Program-made: the position numbers and the translations under genes
NCBI RefSeq assembly: GCF_036365525.1
Contig: NC_090378.1
Location: forward strand, 120,451,593 to 120,515,592
Direction: 5' to 3'
DNA length: 64,000 bases
Source of the DNA: Heterodontus francisci
Lineage: Eukaryota
Shown: one piece after another, positions 30,001 through 45,000 of the stretch
Layout: each line of letters opens with the position of its first letter
Position numbering within the stretch: the stretch's first letter is position 1
The notes under the pieces: model-generated
The model's input: the letters and a program-made list of their open reading frames with translations, nothing else
Told to the model about the DNA's origin: nothing
Databases searched by the model: none

Positions 30001-33000
30001 CTGTGTGTTCATTATTATTTATTATATATAACTGTGGGATGTGTCAGTACAGGAGGTGGGACTCTGAATCCATTATTATTTATTATATATAACTGTGGGT
30101 TGTGTCAGTCCAGGAGGTGGGACTGTGTGTCCATTATTATATATTATATATAACTGTGGGACGTGTCAGTGCAGGAGGTGGGACTGTGTTTCCAATATTA
30201 TTTATTATATATAACTGTGGGATGTGTCAGTACCGGAAGTGAGACTGTGTTTTCATTATTATATATTATATATAACTGTGGGTTGTGTCAGGAGAGGTGG
30301 TGGGACTGTGTGTCCATTATTATTTATTATATAGAACTGTGGGATGTGTCAGTACAGGTTGTGAGACTGTGTGTCCATTATTATATATTATATATAACTG
30401 TGGGATGTGTCAGTACAGGAGGTGGGACTGTGTGTCCATTATTATTTAGTATATATAACTGTGGGATGTGTCAGGACAGGAGGTGGGACTGTGTGTTCAT
30501 TATTATTTATTATATATAACTGTGGGATGTGTCAGTACAGGAGGTGGGACTCTGAATCCATTATTATTTATTATATACAACTGTGGGATATGTCAGTCCA
30601 GGAGGTGGGACTGTGTTTCCAATATTATTTATTATATATAACTGTGGGATGTGTCAGTACCGGAGGTGAGACTGTGTTTTCATTAGTATATCTTATATAT
30701 AACTGTGGGATGTGTCAGTGCAGCAGGTGGGACTGTGTGTCCATTATTATTTATTATATATAACTGTGGGATGTGTCAGTACAGGATGTGAGACTGTGTG
30801 TCCATTATTATATATTATATATAACTGTGGGAAGTGTCGGTGCAGGAGGTGGGACTGTGTGTCCATTATTATATATTATATATAACTGTGTGATGTGTCA
30901 GTGCAGGAGGTGGGACTGTGTGTCCATTATTATATATTATATATAACTGTGGGATGTGTCAGTACAGGAGGTGGGACTGTGTGTCCATTATTATATATTA
31001 TATATAACTGTGGGACGTGTCAGAACAGGAGGTGGGACTGTGTGTCTATTATTATATATTATTTCTCACTGTGGGATGTGTCAGTACAGGAGGTGGGACT
31101 GTGAATCCATTATTATATATTATTTATAACTGTGGGATGTGTCAGTACAGGAGGTGGGACTGTGTGTGCATTATTATATATTATATATAACTGTGGGACA
31201 TTTCAGTGCAGGAGGTGGGACTGTGAATCCATTATTATATATTATTTATAACTGTGAGATGTGTCAGTACAGGAGGTGGGACTGTGTGTGCATTATTATA
31301 TATTATATATAACTGTGGGACGTGTCATTACAGGAGGTGGGACTGTGTGTCCGATATTATTTATTATATATAACTGTGGGATGTGTCAGTACCGGAAGTG
31401 AGACTGTGTTTTCATTATTATATCTTAGATATAACTGTGGGATGTGTCAGTACAGGAGGTGGGACTGTGTGTCCATTATTATTTAGTATATATAACTGTG
31501 GGATGTGTCCGTACAGGAGGTGGGACTCTGAATCCATTATTATTTATTATATATAACTGTGGGATATGTCAGTCCAGGAGGTGGGACTGTGTGTCCATTA
31601 TTATTTATTATATATAACTGTGGGATGTGTCAGTACAGGAGGTGGGAATGTGTGTCCATTATTATTTATTATATATAACTGTGGGATGTGTCAGTACAGG
31701 AGGTGGGACTCTGAATCCATTATTATTTATTATATATAACTGTGGGATATGTCAGTCCAGGAGGTGGGACTGTGTGTCCATTATTATTTATTATATATAA
31801 CTGTGGGATGTGTCATTACAGGAGGTGGGACTGTATGTCCATTATTATTTATTATATATAACTGTGTGATGTGTCAGTGCGGGAGGTGGGACTGTGTGTC
31901 CATTATTATTTAGTATATATAACTGTGGGATGTGTCAGTACAGGAGGTGGGATTGTATGTCCATTATTATTTATTATATATAACTGTGGGATGTGTCATT
32001 ACAGGAGGTGGGACTGTGTGTCCATTGTTATATATGATATATAACTGTGGGATGTGTCAGTACAGGAGGTGGGACTGTGTGTCCATTATTATATATTATA
32101 TATAACTGTGGGATGTGTCAGTACCGGAGGTGGGACTTTGTGTCCATTGTTATATATGATATATAACTGTGGGATGTGTCAGTACAGGAGGTGGGACTGT
32201 GTGTCCATTATTATTTATTATATATAACTGTGGGTTGTGTCGGTCCAGGAGGTGGGACTTTGTGTCCATTGTTATATATGATATATAACTGTGGGATGTG
32301 TCAGTACCGGAGGTGGGACTTTGTGTCCATTGTTATATATGATATATAACTGTGGGATGTGTCAGTACAGGAGGTGGGAATGTATGTCCATTATTATTTA
32401 TTATATATAACTGTGGGATGTGTCAGTCCAGGAGGAGGGACTGTGTGTCCATTATTATATATTATATATAACTGTGGGACGTGTCAGTACAGGAGGTGGG
32501 ACTGTGTGTCTATTATTATATATTATTTCTCACTGTGGGATGTGTCAGTACAGGAGGTGGGACTGTGAATCCATTATTATATATTATTTATAACTGTGGG
32601 ATGTGTCAGTACAGGAGGTGGGACTGTGTGTGCATTATTATATATTATATATAACTGTGGGACGTTTCAGTGCAGGAGGTGGGACTGTGTGTCCAATATT
32701 ATTTATTATATATAACTGTGGGATGTGTCAGTACAGGAGGTGGGACTGTGAATCCATTATTATATATTATATATAACTGTGGGATGTGTCAGTACAGGAG
32801 GTGGGACTGTGTGTGCATTATTATATATTATATATAACTGTGGGACGTTTCAGTGCAGGAGGTGGGACTGTGTGTCCAATATTATTTATTATATATAACT
32901 GTGGGATGTGTCAGTACCGGAAGTGAGACTGTGTTTTCATTATTATATCTTATATATAACTGTGGGATGTGTCAGTACAGGAGGTGGCACTGTGTGTCCA

Positions 33001-36000
33001 TTATTATTTATTATATATAACTGTGGGATGTGTCAGTACAGGAGGTGGGACTGTGTGTCCATTATTATTTAGTATATATAACTGTGGGATGTGTCAGTAC
33101 AGGAGGTGGGATTGTATGTCCATTATTATTTATTATATATAACTGTGGGATGTGTCATTACAGGAGGTGGGACTGTGTGTCCATTGTTATATATGATATA
33201 TAACTGTGGGATGTGTCAGTACAGGAGGTGGGACTGTGTGTCCATTATTATATATTATATATAACTGTGGGATGTGTCAGTACCGGAGGTGGGACTTTGT
33301 GTCCATTGTTATATATGATATATAACTGTGGGATGTGTCAGTACAGGAGGTGGGACTGTGTGTCCATTATTATTTATTATATATAACTGTGGGTTGTGTC
33401 GGTCCAGGAGGTGGGACTTTGTGTCCATTGTTATATATGATATATAACTGTGGGATGTGTCAGTACCGGAGGTGGGACTTTGTGTCCATTGTTATATATG
33501 ATATATAACTGTGGGATGTGTCAGTACAGGAGGTGGGAATGTATGTCCATTATTATTTATTATATATAACTGTGGGATGTGTCAGTCCAGGAGGAGGGAC
33601 TGTGTGTCCATTATTATATATTATATATAACTGTGGGACGTGTCAGTACAGGAGGTGGGACTGTGTGTCTATTATTATATATTATTTCTCACTGTGGGAT
33701 GTGTCAGTACAGGAGGTGGGACTGTGAATCCATTATTATATATTATTTATAACTGTGGGATGTGTCAGTACAGGAGGTGGGACTGTGTGTGCATTATTAT
33801 ATATTATATATAACTGTGGGACGTTTCAGTGCAGGAGGTGGGACTGTGTGTCCAATATTATTTATTATATATAACTGTGGGATGTGTCAGTACAGGAGGT
33901 GGGACTGTGAATCCATTATTATATATTATATATAACTGTGGGATGTGTCAGTACAGGAGGTGGGACTGTGTGTGCATTATTATATATTATATATAACTGT
34001 GGGACGTTTCAGTGCAGGAGGTGGGACTGTGTGTCCAATATTATTTATTATATATAACTGTGGGATGTGTCAGTACCGGAAGTGAGACTGTGTTTTCATT
34101 ATTATATCTTATATATAACTGTGGGATGTGTCAGTACAGGAGGTGGCACTGTGTGTCCATTATTATTTATTATATATAACTGTGGGATGTGTCAGTACAG
34201 GAGGTGGGACTGTGTGTCCATTATTATTTAGTATATATAACTGTGGGATGTGTCAGTACAGGAGGTGGGACTGTGTGTCCATTATTATTTGGTATATATA
34301 ACTGTGGGATGTGTCAGTACAGGAGGTGGGAATGTGTGTCCATTATTATTTATTATATATAACTGTGGGATGTGTCAGTACAGGAGGTGGGACTGTGTGT
34401 TCATTATTATTTATTATATATAACTGTGGGATGTGTCAGTACAGGAGGTGGGACTCTGAATCCATTATTATTTATTATATATAACTGTGGGATGTGTCAG
34501 TGCAGGAGGTGGGACTGTGTGTCCATTATTATATATTATATATAACTGTGGGATGTGTCAGTGCAGGAGGTGGGACTGTGTGTTCATTATTATTTATTAT
34601 ATATAACTGTGGGATGTGTCAGTACAGGAGGTGGGACTCTGAATCCATTATTATTTATTATATATAACTGTGGGTTGTCTCGGTCCAGGAGGTGGGACTG
34701 TGTGTCCATTATTATATATTATATATATCTGTGGGACGTGTCAGTGCAGGAGGTGGGACTGTGTTTCCAATATTATTTATTATATATCACTGTGGGATGT
34801 GTCAGTACCGGAAGTGAGACTGTGTTTTCATTATTATATATTATATATAACTGTGGGTTGTGTCAGGAGAGGAGGTGGGACTGTGTGTCCATTATTATTT
34901 ATTATATAGAACTGTGGGATGTGTCAGTACAGGAGGTGGGACTGTGTGTCCATTATTATTTAGTATATATAACTGTGGGATGTGTCAGTACAGGAGGTGG
35001 GAATGTGTGTCCATTATTATTTATTATATATAACTGTGGGATGTGTCAGTACAGGAGGTGGGAATGTGTGTCCATTATTATATATTATATATAACTGTGG
35101 GAGTGTCAGTACAGGTTGTGAGACTGTGTGTCCATTATTATATATTATATATAACTGTGGGATGTGTCAGTACAGGAGGTGGGAATGTGTGTCCATTATT
35201 ATTTATTATATATAACTGTGGGATGTGTCAGTACAGGAGGTGGGACTGTGTATCCATTATTATATATTATATATAACTGTGGGATGTGTCAGTACAGGAG
35301 GTGGGACTCTGAATCCATTATTATTTATTATATATAACTGTGGGATATGTCAGTCCAGGAGGTGGGACTGTGTGTCCATTATTATATATTATATATAACT
35401 GTGGGATGTGTCAGTACAGGAGGTGGGACTCTGAATCCATTATTATTTATTATATATAACTGTGGGATATGTCAGTCCAGGAGGTGGGACTGTGTGTCCA
35501 TTATTATATATTATATATAACTGTGGGATGTGTCAGTACAGGAGGTGGGAATGTGTGTCCATTATTATTTATTATATATAACTTGGGATGTGTCAGTACA
35601 GGAGGTGGGACTGTGTGTTCATTATTATTTATTATATATAACTGTGGGATGTGTCAGTACAGGAGGTGGGACTCTGAATCCATTATTATTTATTATATAT
35701 AACTGTGGGTTGTGTCAGTCCAGGAGGTGGGACTGTGTGTCCATTATTATATATTATATATAACTGTGGGACGTGTCAGTGCAGGAGGTGGGACTGTGTT
35801 TCCAATATTATTTATTATATATAACTGTGGGATGTGTCAGTACCGGAAGTGAGACTGTGTTTTCATTATTATATATTATATATAACTGTGGGTTGTGTCA
35901 GGAGAGGTGGTGGGACTGTGTGTCCATTATTATTTATTATATAGAACTGTGGGATGTGTCAGTACAGGTTGTGAGACTGTGTGTCCATTATTATATATTA

Positions 36001-39000
36001 TATATAACTGTGGGATGTGTCAGTACAGGAGGTGGGACTGTGTGTCCATTATTATTTAGTATATATAACTGTGGGATGTGTCAGGACAGGAGGTGGGACT
36101 GTGTGTTCATTATTATTTATTATATATAACTGTGGGATGTGTCAGTACAGGAGGTGGGACTCTGAATCCATTATTATTTATTATATACAACTGTGGGATA
36201 TGTCAGTCCAGGAGGTGGGACTGTGTTTCCAATATTATTTATTATATATAACTGTGGGATGTGTCAGTACCGGAGGTGAGACTGTGTTTTCATTAGTATA
36301 TCTTATATATAACTGTGGGATGTGTCAGTGCAGCAGGTGGGACTGTGTGTCCATTATTATTTATTATATATAACTGTGGGATGTGTCAGTACAGGATGTG
36401 AGACTGTGTGTCCATTATTATATATTATATATAACTGTGGGAAGTGTCGGTGCAGGAGGTGGGACTGTGTGTCCATTATTATATATTATATATAACTGTG
36501 GGATGTGTCAGTACAGGAGGTGGGACTGTGTGTCCATTATTATATATTATATATAACTGTGGGACGTGTCAGAACAGGAGGTGGGACTGTGTGTCTATTA
36601 TTATATATTATTTCTCACTGTGGGATGTGTCAGTACAGGAGGTGGGACTGTGAATCCATTATTATATATTATTTATAACTGTGGGATGTGTCAGTACAGG
36701 AGGTGGGACTGTGTGTGCATTATTATATATTATATATAACTGTGGGACATTTCAGTGCAGGAGGTGGGACTGTGAATCCATTATTATATATTATTTATAA
36801 CTGTGAGATGTGTCAGTACAGGAGGTGGGACTGTGTGTGCATTATTATATATTATATATAACTGTGGGACGTGTCATTACAGGAGGTGGGACTGTGTGTC
36901 CGATATTATTTATTATATATAACTGTGGGATGTGTCAGTACCGGAAGTGAGACTGTGTTTTCATTATTATATCTTAGATATAACTGTGGGATGTGTCAGT
37001 ACAGGAGGTGGGACTGTGTGTCCATTATTATTTAGTATATATAACTGTGGGATGTGTCAGTACAGGAGGTGGGACTCTGAATCCATTATTATTTATTATA
37101 TATAACTGTGGGATATGTCAGTCCAGGAGGTGGGACTGTGTGTCCATTATTATTTATTATATATAACTGTGGGATGTGTCAGTACAGGAGGTGGGAATGT
37201 GTGTCCATTATTATTTATTATATATAACTGTGGGATGTGTCAGTACAGGAGGTGGGACTCTGAATCCATTATTATTTATTATATATAACTGTGGGATATG
37301 TCAGTCCAGGAGGTGGGACTGTGTGTCCATTATTATTTATTATATATAACTGTGGGATGTGTCATTACAGGAGGTGGGACTGTATGTCCATTATTATTTA
37401 TTATATATAACTGTGTGATGTGTCAGTGCGGGAGGTGGGACTGTGTGTCCATTATTATTTAGTATATATAACTGTGGGATGTGTCAGTACAGGAGGTGGG
37501 ATTGTATGTCCATTATTATTTATTATATATAACTGTGGGATGTGTCATTACAGGAGGTGGGACTGTGTGTCCATTATTATTTGGTATATATAACTGTGGG
37601 ATGTGTCAGTACAGGAGGTGGGACTGTGTGTCCATTATTATATATTATATATAACTGTGGGATGTGTCAGTACCGGAGGTGGGACTTTGTGTCCATTGTT
37701 ATATATGATATATAACTGTGGGATGTGTCAGTACAGGAGGTGGGACTGTGTGTCCATTATTATTTATTATATATAACTGTGGGTTGTGTCGGTCCAGGAG
37801 GTGGGACTTTGTGTCCATTGTTATATATGATATATAACTGTGGGATGTGTCAGTACCGGAGGTGGGACTTTGTGTCCATTGTTATATATGATATATAACT
37901 GTGGGATGTGTCAGTACAGGAGGTGGGAATGTATGTCCATTATTATTTATTATATATAACTGTGGGATGTGTCAGTCCAGGAGGAGGGACTGTGTGTCCA
38001 TTATTATATATTATATATAACTGTGGGACGTGTCAGTACAGGAGGTGGGACTGTGTGTCTATTATTATATATTATTTCTCACTGTGGGATGTGTCAGTAC
38101 AGGAGGTGGGACTGTGAATCCATTATTATATATTATTTATAACTGTGGGATGTGTCAGTACAGGAGGTGGGACTGTGTGTGCATTATTATATATTATATA
38201 TAACTGTGGGACGTTTCAGTGCAGGAGGTGGGACTGTGTGTCCAATATTATTTATTATATATAACTGTGGGATGTGTCAGTACAGGAGGTGGGACTGTGA
38301 ATCCATTATTATATATTATATATAACTGTGGGATGTGTCAGTACAGGAGGTGGGACTGTGTGTGCATTATTATATATTATATATAACTGTGGGACGTTTC
38401 AGTGCAGGAGGTGGGACTGTGTGTCCAATATTATTTATTATATATAACTGTGGGATGTGTCAGTACCGGAAGTGAGACTGTGTTTTCATTATTATATCTT
38501 ATATATAACTGTGGGATGTGTCAGTACAGGAGGTGGCACTGTGTGTCCATTATTATTTATTATATATAAATGTGGGATGTGTCAGTACAGGAGGTGGGAC
38601 TGTGTGTCCATTATTATTTAGTATATATAACTGTGGGATGTGTCAGTACAGGAGGTGGGACTGTGTGTCCATTATTATTTGGTATATATAACTGTGGGAT
38701 GTGTCAGTACAGGAGGTGGGAATGTGTGTCCATTATTATTTATTATATATAACTGTGGGATGTGTCAGTACAGGAGGTGGGACTGTGTGTTCATTATTAT
38801 TTATTATATATAACTGTGGGATGTGTCAGTACAGGAGGTGGGACTCTGAATCCATTATTATTTATTATATATAACTGTGGGATGTGTCAGTGCAGGAGGT
38901 GGGACTGTGTGTCCATTATTATATATTATATATAACTGTGGGATGTGTCAGTGCAGGAGGTGGGACTGTGTGTTCATTATTATTTATTATATATAACTGT

Positions 39001-42000
39001 GGGATGTGTCAGTACAGGAGGTGGGACTCTGAATCCATTATTATTTATTATATATAACTGTGGGTTGTCTCGGTCCAGGAGGTGGGACTGTGTGTCCATT
39101 ATTATATATTATATATATCTGTGGGACGTGTCAGTGCAGGAGGTGGGACTGTGTTTCCAATATTATTTATTATATATCACTGTGGGATGTGTCAGTACCG
39201 GAAGTGAGACTGTGTTTTCATTATTATATATTATATATAACTGTGGGTTGTGTCAGGAGAGGAGGTGGGACTGTGTGTCCATTATTATTTATTATATAGA
39301 ACTGTGGGATGTGTCAGTACAGGAGGTGGGACTGTGTGTCCATTATTATTTAGTATATATAACTGTGGGATGTGTCAGTACAGGAGGTGGGAATGTGTGT
39401 CCATTATTATTTATTATATATAACTGTGGGATGTGTCAGTACAGGAGGTGGGAATGTGTGTCCATTATTATATATTATATATAACTGTGGGAGTGTCAGT
39501 ACAGGTTGTGAGACTGTGTGTCCATTATTATATATTATATATAACTGTGGGATGTGTCAGTACAGGAGGTGGGACTGTGTGTCCATTATTATTTAGTATA
39601 TATAACTGTGGGATGTGTCAGTACAGGAGGTGGGAATGTGTGTCCATTATTATTTATTATATATAACTGTGGGATGTGTCAGGACAGGAGGTGGGACTGT
39701 GTGTTCATTATTATTTATTATATATAACTGTGGGATGTGTCAGTACAGGAGGTGGGACTCTGAATCCATTATTATTTATTATATATAACTGTGGGATATG
39801 TCAGTCCAGGAGGTGGGACTGTGTTTCCAATATTATTTATTATATATAACTGTGGGATGTGTCAGTACCGGAGGTGAGACTGTGTTTTCATTAGTATATC
39901 TTATATATAACTGTGGGATGTGTCAGTGCAGCAGGTGGGACTGTGTGTCCATTATTATATATTATATATAACTGTGGGATGTGTCAGTACAGGAGGTGGG
40001 ACTGTGTGTCCATTATTATTTAGTATATATAACTGTGGGATGTGTCAGTACAGGAGGTGGGACTGTGTGTCCATTATTATATATTATATATAACTGTGGG
40101 ATGTGTCAGTACAGGAGGTGGGACTGTGTGTCCATTTTTATTTATTATATATAACTGTGGGATGTGTCAGTACAGGATGTGAGACTGTGTGTCCATTATT
40201 ATATATTAGATATAACTGTGGGATGTGTCAGTACAGGAGGTGGGACTGTGTGTCCATTATTATTTAGTATATATAACTGTGGGATGTGTCAGTACAGGAG
40301 GTCGGACTTTGTGTCCATTATTATTTATTATATATAACTGTGGGATGTGTCATTACAGGAGGTGGGACTGTGTGTCCATTATTATATATTATATATAACT
40401 GTGGGATGAGTCAGTACAGGAGGTGGGACTGTGTGTCCATTATTATATATTATATATAACTGTGGTATGTCTCAGTACAGGAGGTGGGACTGTGTGTCCA
40501 TTATTATATATTATATATAACTGTGGGATGTGTCAGTACAGGAGGTGGGACTGTGTGTCCATTATTATATATTATATATAACTGTGGGATGTGTCAGTAC
40601 AGGAGGTGGGACTGTGTGTCCATTATTATATATTATATATAACTGTGGGATGTGTCAGTACAGGAGGTGGGACTGTGTGTCCATTATTATATATTATATA
40701 TAACTGTGGGATGTGTCAGTACAGGAGGTGGGACTGTGTGTCCATTATTATATATTATATATAACTGTGGGATGTGTCAGTAAAGGAGGTGGCACTGTGT
40801 GTCCATTATTATATATTATATATAACTGTGGGATGTGTCAGTACAGGAGGTGGGACTGTGTGTCCATTATTATATATTATATATAACTGTGGGATGTGTC
40901 AGTACAGGAGGTGGGACTGTGTGTCCATTATTATATATTATATATAACTGTGGGATGTGTCAGTCCAGGAGGTGGGACTGTGTGTCCATTATTATATATT
41001 ATATATAACTGTGGGATGTGTCAGTACAGGAGGTGGGACTGTGTGTCCATTATTATATATTATATATAACTGTGGGATGTGTCAGTACAGGAGGTGGGAC
41101 TGTGTGTCCATTATTATATATTATATATAACTGTGGGCTGTGTCAGTACAGGAGGTGGGACTGTGTGTCCATTATTATATATTATATATAACTGTGGGAT
41201 GTGTCAGTACAGGAGGTGGGACTGTGTGTCCATTATTATATATTATATATAACTGTGGGATGTGTCAGTACAGGAGGTGGGACTGTGTGTCCATTATTAT
41301 TTATTATATATAACTGTGGGATGTGTCAGTACAGGAGGTGGGACTGTGTGTCCATTATTATATATTATATATAACTGTGGGATGTGTCAGTACAGGAGGT
41401 GGGACTGTGTGTCCATTATTATTTATTATATATAACTGTGGGATGTGTCAGTACAGGAGGTGGGACTGTGTGCTCATTATTATTTATTATATATAACTGT
41501 GGGACGTGTCAGTACAGGAGGTGGGACTGTGTGTTCATCATTATTTATTATATATAACTGTGGGACGTGTCAGTACAGGAGGTGGGACTGTGTGTCCATT
41601 ATTATATATTATATATAACTGTGGGATGTGTCAGTACAGGAGGTGGGACTGTGTGTACATTATTATTTATTATATATAACTGTGGGATGTGTCAGTACAG
41701 GAGGTGGGACTGTGTGTCCATTATTATATATTATATATAACTGTGGGATGTGTCAGTACAGGAGGTGGGACTGTGTGTCCATTATTATATATTATATATA
41801 ACTGTGGGATGTGTCAGTACAGGAGGTGGGACTGTGTGTCCATTATTATATATTATATATAACTGTGGGCTGTGTCAGTACAGGAGGTGGGACTGTGTGT
41901 CCATTATTATATATTACATATAACTGTGGGATGTGTCATTACAGGAGGTGGGACTGTGTGTCCATTATTATTTATTATATATAACTGTGGGATGTGTCAG

Positions 42001-45000
42001 TACAGGAGATGGGACTGTGTGTCCATTATTATTTATTATATATAACTGTGGGATGTGTCAGTACAGGAGGTGGGACTGTGTGTCCATTATTATATATTAT
42101 ATATAACTGTGGGATGTGTCAGTACAGGAGGTGGGACTGTGTGTCCATTATTATTTATTATATATAACTGTGGGATGTGTCAGTACAGGAGGTGGGACTG
42201 TGTGTCCATTATTATATATTATATATAACTGTGGGATGTGTCAGTACAGGAGGTGGGACTGTGTGTCCATTATTATTTATTATATATAACTGTGGGATGT
42301 GTCAGTACAGGAGGTGGGACTGTGTGTTCATTATTATTTATTATATATAACTGTGGGATGTGTCAGTACAGGAGGTGGGACTGTGTGTTCATCATTATTT
42401 ATTATATATAACTGTGGGACGTGTCAGTACAGGAGGTGGGACTGTGTGTCCATTATTATATATTATATATAACTGTGGGATGTGTCAGTACAGGAGGTGG
42501 GACTGTGTGTTCATTCTTATTTATTATATATAACTGTGGGATGTGTCAGTACAGGAGGTGGGACTGTGTGTCCATTATTATATATTATATATAACTGTGG
42601 GATGTGTCAGTACAGGAGGTGGGACTGTGTGTTCATTATTATTTATTATATATAACTGTGGGATGTGTCAGTACAGGAGGTGGGACTGTGTGTCCATTAT
42701 TATATATTATATATAACTGTGGGATGTGTCATTACAGGAGGTGGGACTGTGTGTCCATTATTATATATTATATATAACTGTGGGATGTGTCAGTACAGGA
42801 GGTGGGACTGTGTGTCCATTATTATATATTATATATAACTGTGGGATGTGTCAGTACAGGAGGTGAGACTGTGTGTCCATTATTATATATTATATATAAC
42901 TGTGGGATGTGTCAGTACAGGAGGTGGGACTGTGTGTCCATTATTATTTAGTATATATAACTGTGGGATGTGTCAGTACAGGAGGTCGGACTTTGTGTCC
43001 ATTATTATTTATTATATATAACTGTGGGATGTGTCATTACAGGAGGTGGGACTGTGTGTCCATTATTATATATTATATATAACTGTGGGATGTGTCAGTA
43101 CAGGAGGTGGGACTGTGTTTCCATTATTATATATTATATATAACTGTGGTATGTCTCAGTACAGGAGGTGGGACTGTGTGTCCATTATTATATATTATAT
43201 ATAACTGCAGGATGTGTCAGTACAGGAGGTGGGACTGTGTGTCCATTATTATATATTATATATAACTGTGGGATGTGTCAGTACAGGTGGTGGGACTGTG
43301 TGTCCATTATTATATATTATATATAACTGTGGGATGTGTCAGTACAGGAGGTGGGACTGTGTGTCCATTATTATATATTATATATAACTGTGGGATGTGT
43401 CAGTACAGGAGGTGGGACTGTGTGTCCATTATTATATATTATATATAACTGTGGGATGTGTCAGTACAGGAGGTGGGACTGTGTGTCCATTATTATATAT
43501 TATATATAACTGTGGGATGTGTCAGTACAGGAGGTGGGACTGTGTGTCCATTATTATATATTATATATAACTGTGGGATGTGTCAGTACAGGAGGTGGGA
43601 CTGTGTGTCCATTATTATATATTATATATAACTGTGGGATGTGTCAGTACAGGAGGTGGGACTGTGTGTCCATTATTATATATTATATATAACTGTGGGA
43701 TGTGTCAGTACAGGAGGTGGGACTGTGTGTCCATTATTATATATTATATATAACTGTGGGATGTGTCAGTACAGGAGGTGGGACTGTGTGTCCATTATTA
43801 TATATTATATATAACTGTGGGCTGTGTCAGTACAGGAGGTGGGACTGTGTGTCCATTATTATATATTATATATAACTGTGGGATGTGTCAGTACAGGAGG
43901 TGGGACTGTGTGTCCATTATTATATATTATATATAACTGTGGGATGTGTCAGTACAGGAGGTGGGACTGTGTGTCCATTATTATATATTATATATAACTG
44001 TGGGATGTGTCAGTACAGGAGGTGGGACTGTGTGTCCATTATTATATATTATATATAACTGTGGGCTGTGTCAGTACAGGAGGTGGGACTGTGTGTCCAT
44101 TATTATATATTATATATAACTGTGGGATGTGTCATTACAGGAGGTGGGACTGTGTGTCCATTATTATTTATTATATATAACTGTGGGATGTGTCAGTACA
44201 GGAGATGGGACTGTGTGTCCCTTATTATTTATTATATATAACTGTGGGATGTGTCAGTACAGGAGGTGGGACTGTGTGTCCATTATTATATATTATATAT
44301 AACTGTGGGATGTGTCAGTACAGGAGGTGGGACTGTGTGTCCATTATTATTTATTATATATAACTGTGGGATGTGTCAGTACAGGAGGTGGGACTGTGTG
44401 TCCATTATTATATATTATATATAACTGTGGGATGTGTCAGTACAGGAGGTGGGACTGTGTGTCCATTATTATTTATTATATATAACTGTGGGATGTGTCA
44501 GTACAGGAGGTGGGACTGTGTGTCCATTATTATTTATTATATATAACTGTGGGACGTGTCAGTACAGGAGGTGGGACTGTGTGTTCATCATTATTTATTA
44601 TATATAACTGTGGGACGTGTCAGTACAGGAGGTGGGACTGTGTGTTCATCATTATTTATTATATATAACTGTGGGACGTGTCAGTACAGGAGGTGGGACT
44701 GTGTGTCCATCATTATATATTATATATAACTGTGGGACGTGTCAGTACAGGAGGTGGGACTGTGTGTTCATTATTATTTATTATATATAACTGTGGGATG
44801 TGTCAGTACAGGAGGTGGGACTGTGTGTCCATTATTATATATTATATATAACTGTGGGATGTGTCAGTACAGGAGGTGGGACTGCGTGTTCATTATTATA
44901 TATTATATATAACTGTGGGATGTGTCAGTACAGGAGGTGGGACTGCGTGTTCATTATTATATATTATATATAACTGTGGGATGTGTCAGTACAGGAGGTG

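Noticed and set aside
149-39666. Dozens of short + strand ORFs ([13 protein letters not shown]..., [11 protein letters not shown]...)
   Set aside because: They are translations of the 61-bp unit cycling through three frames. The Cys-rich look is an artefact of tgtg runs.
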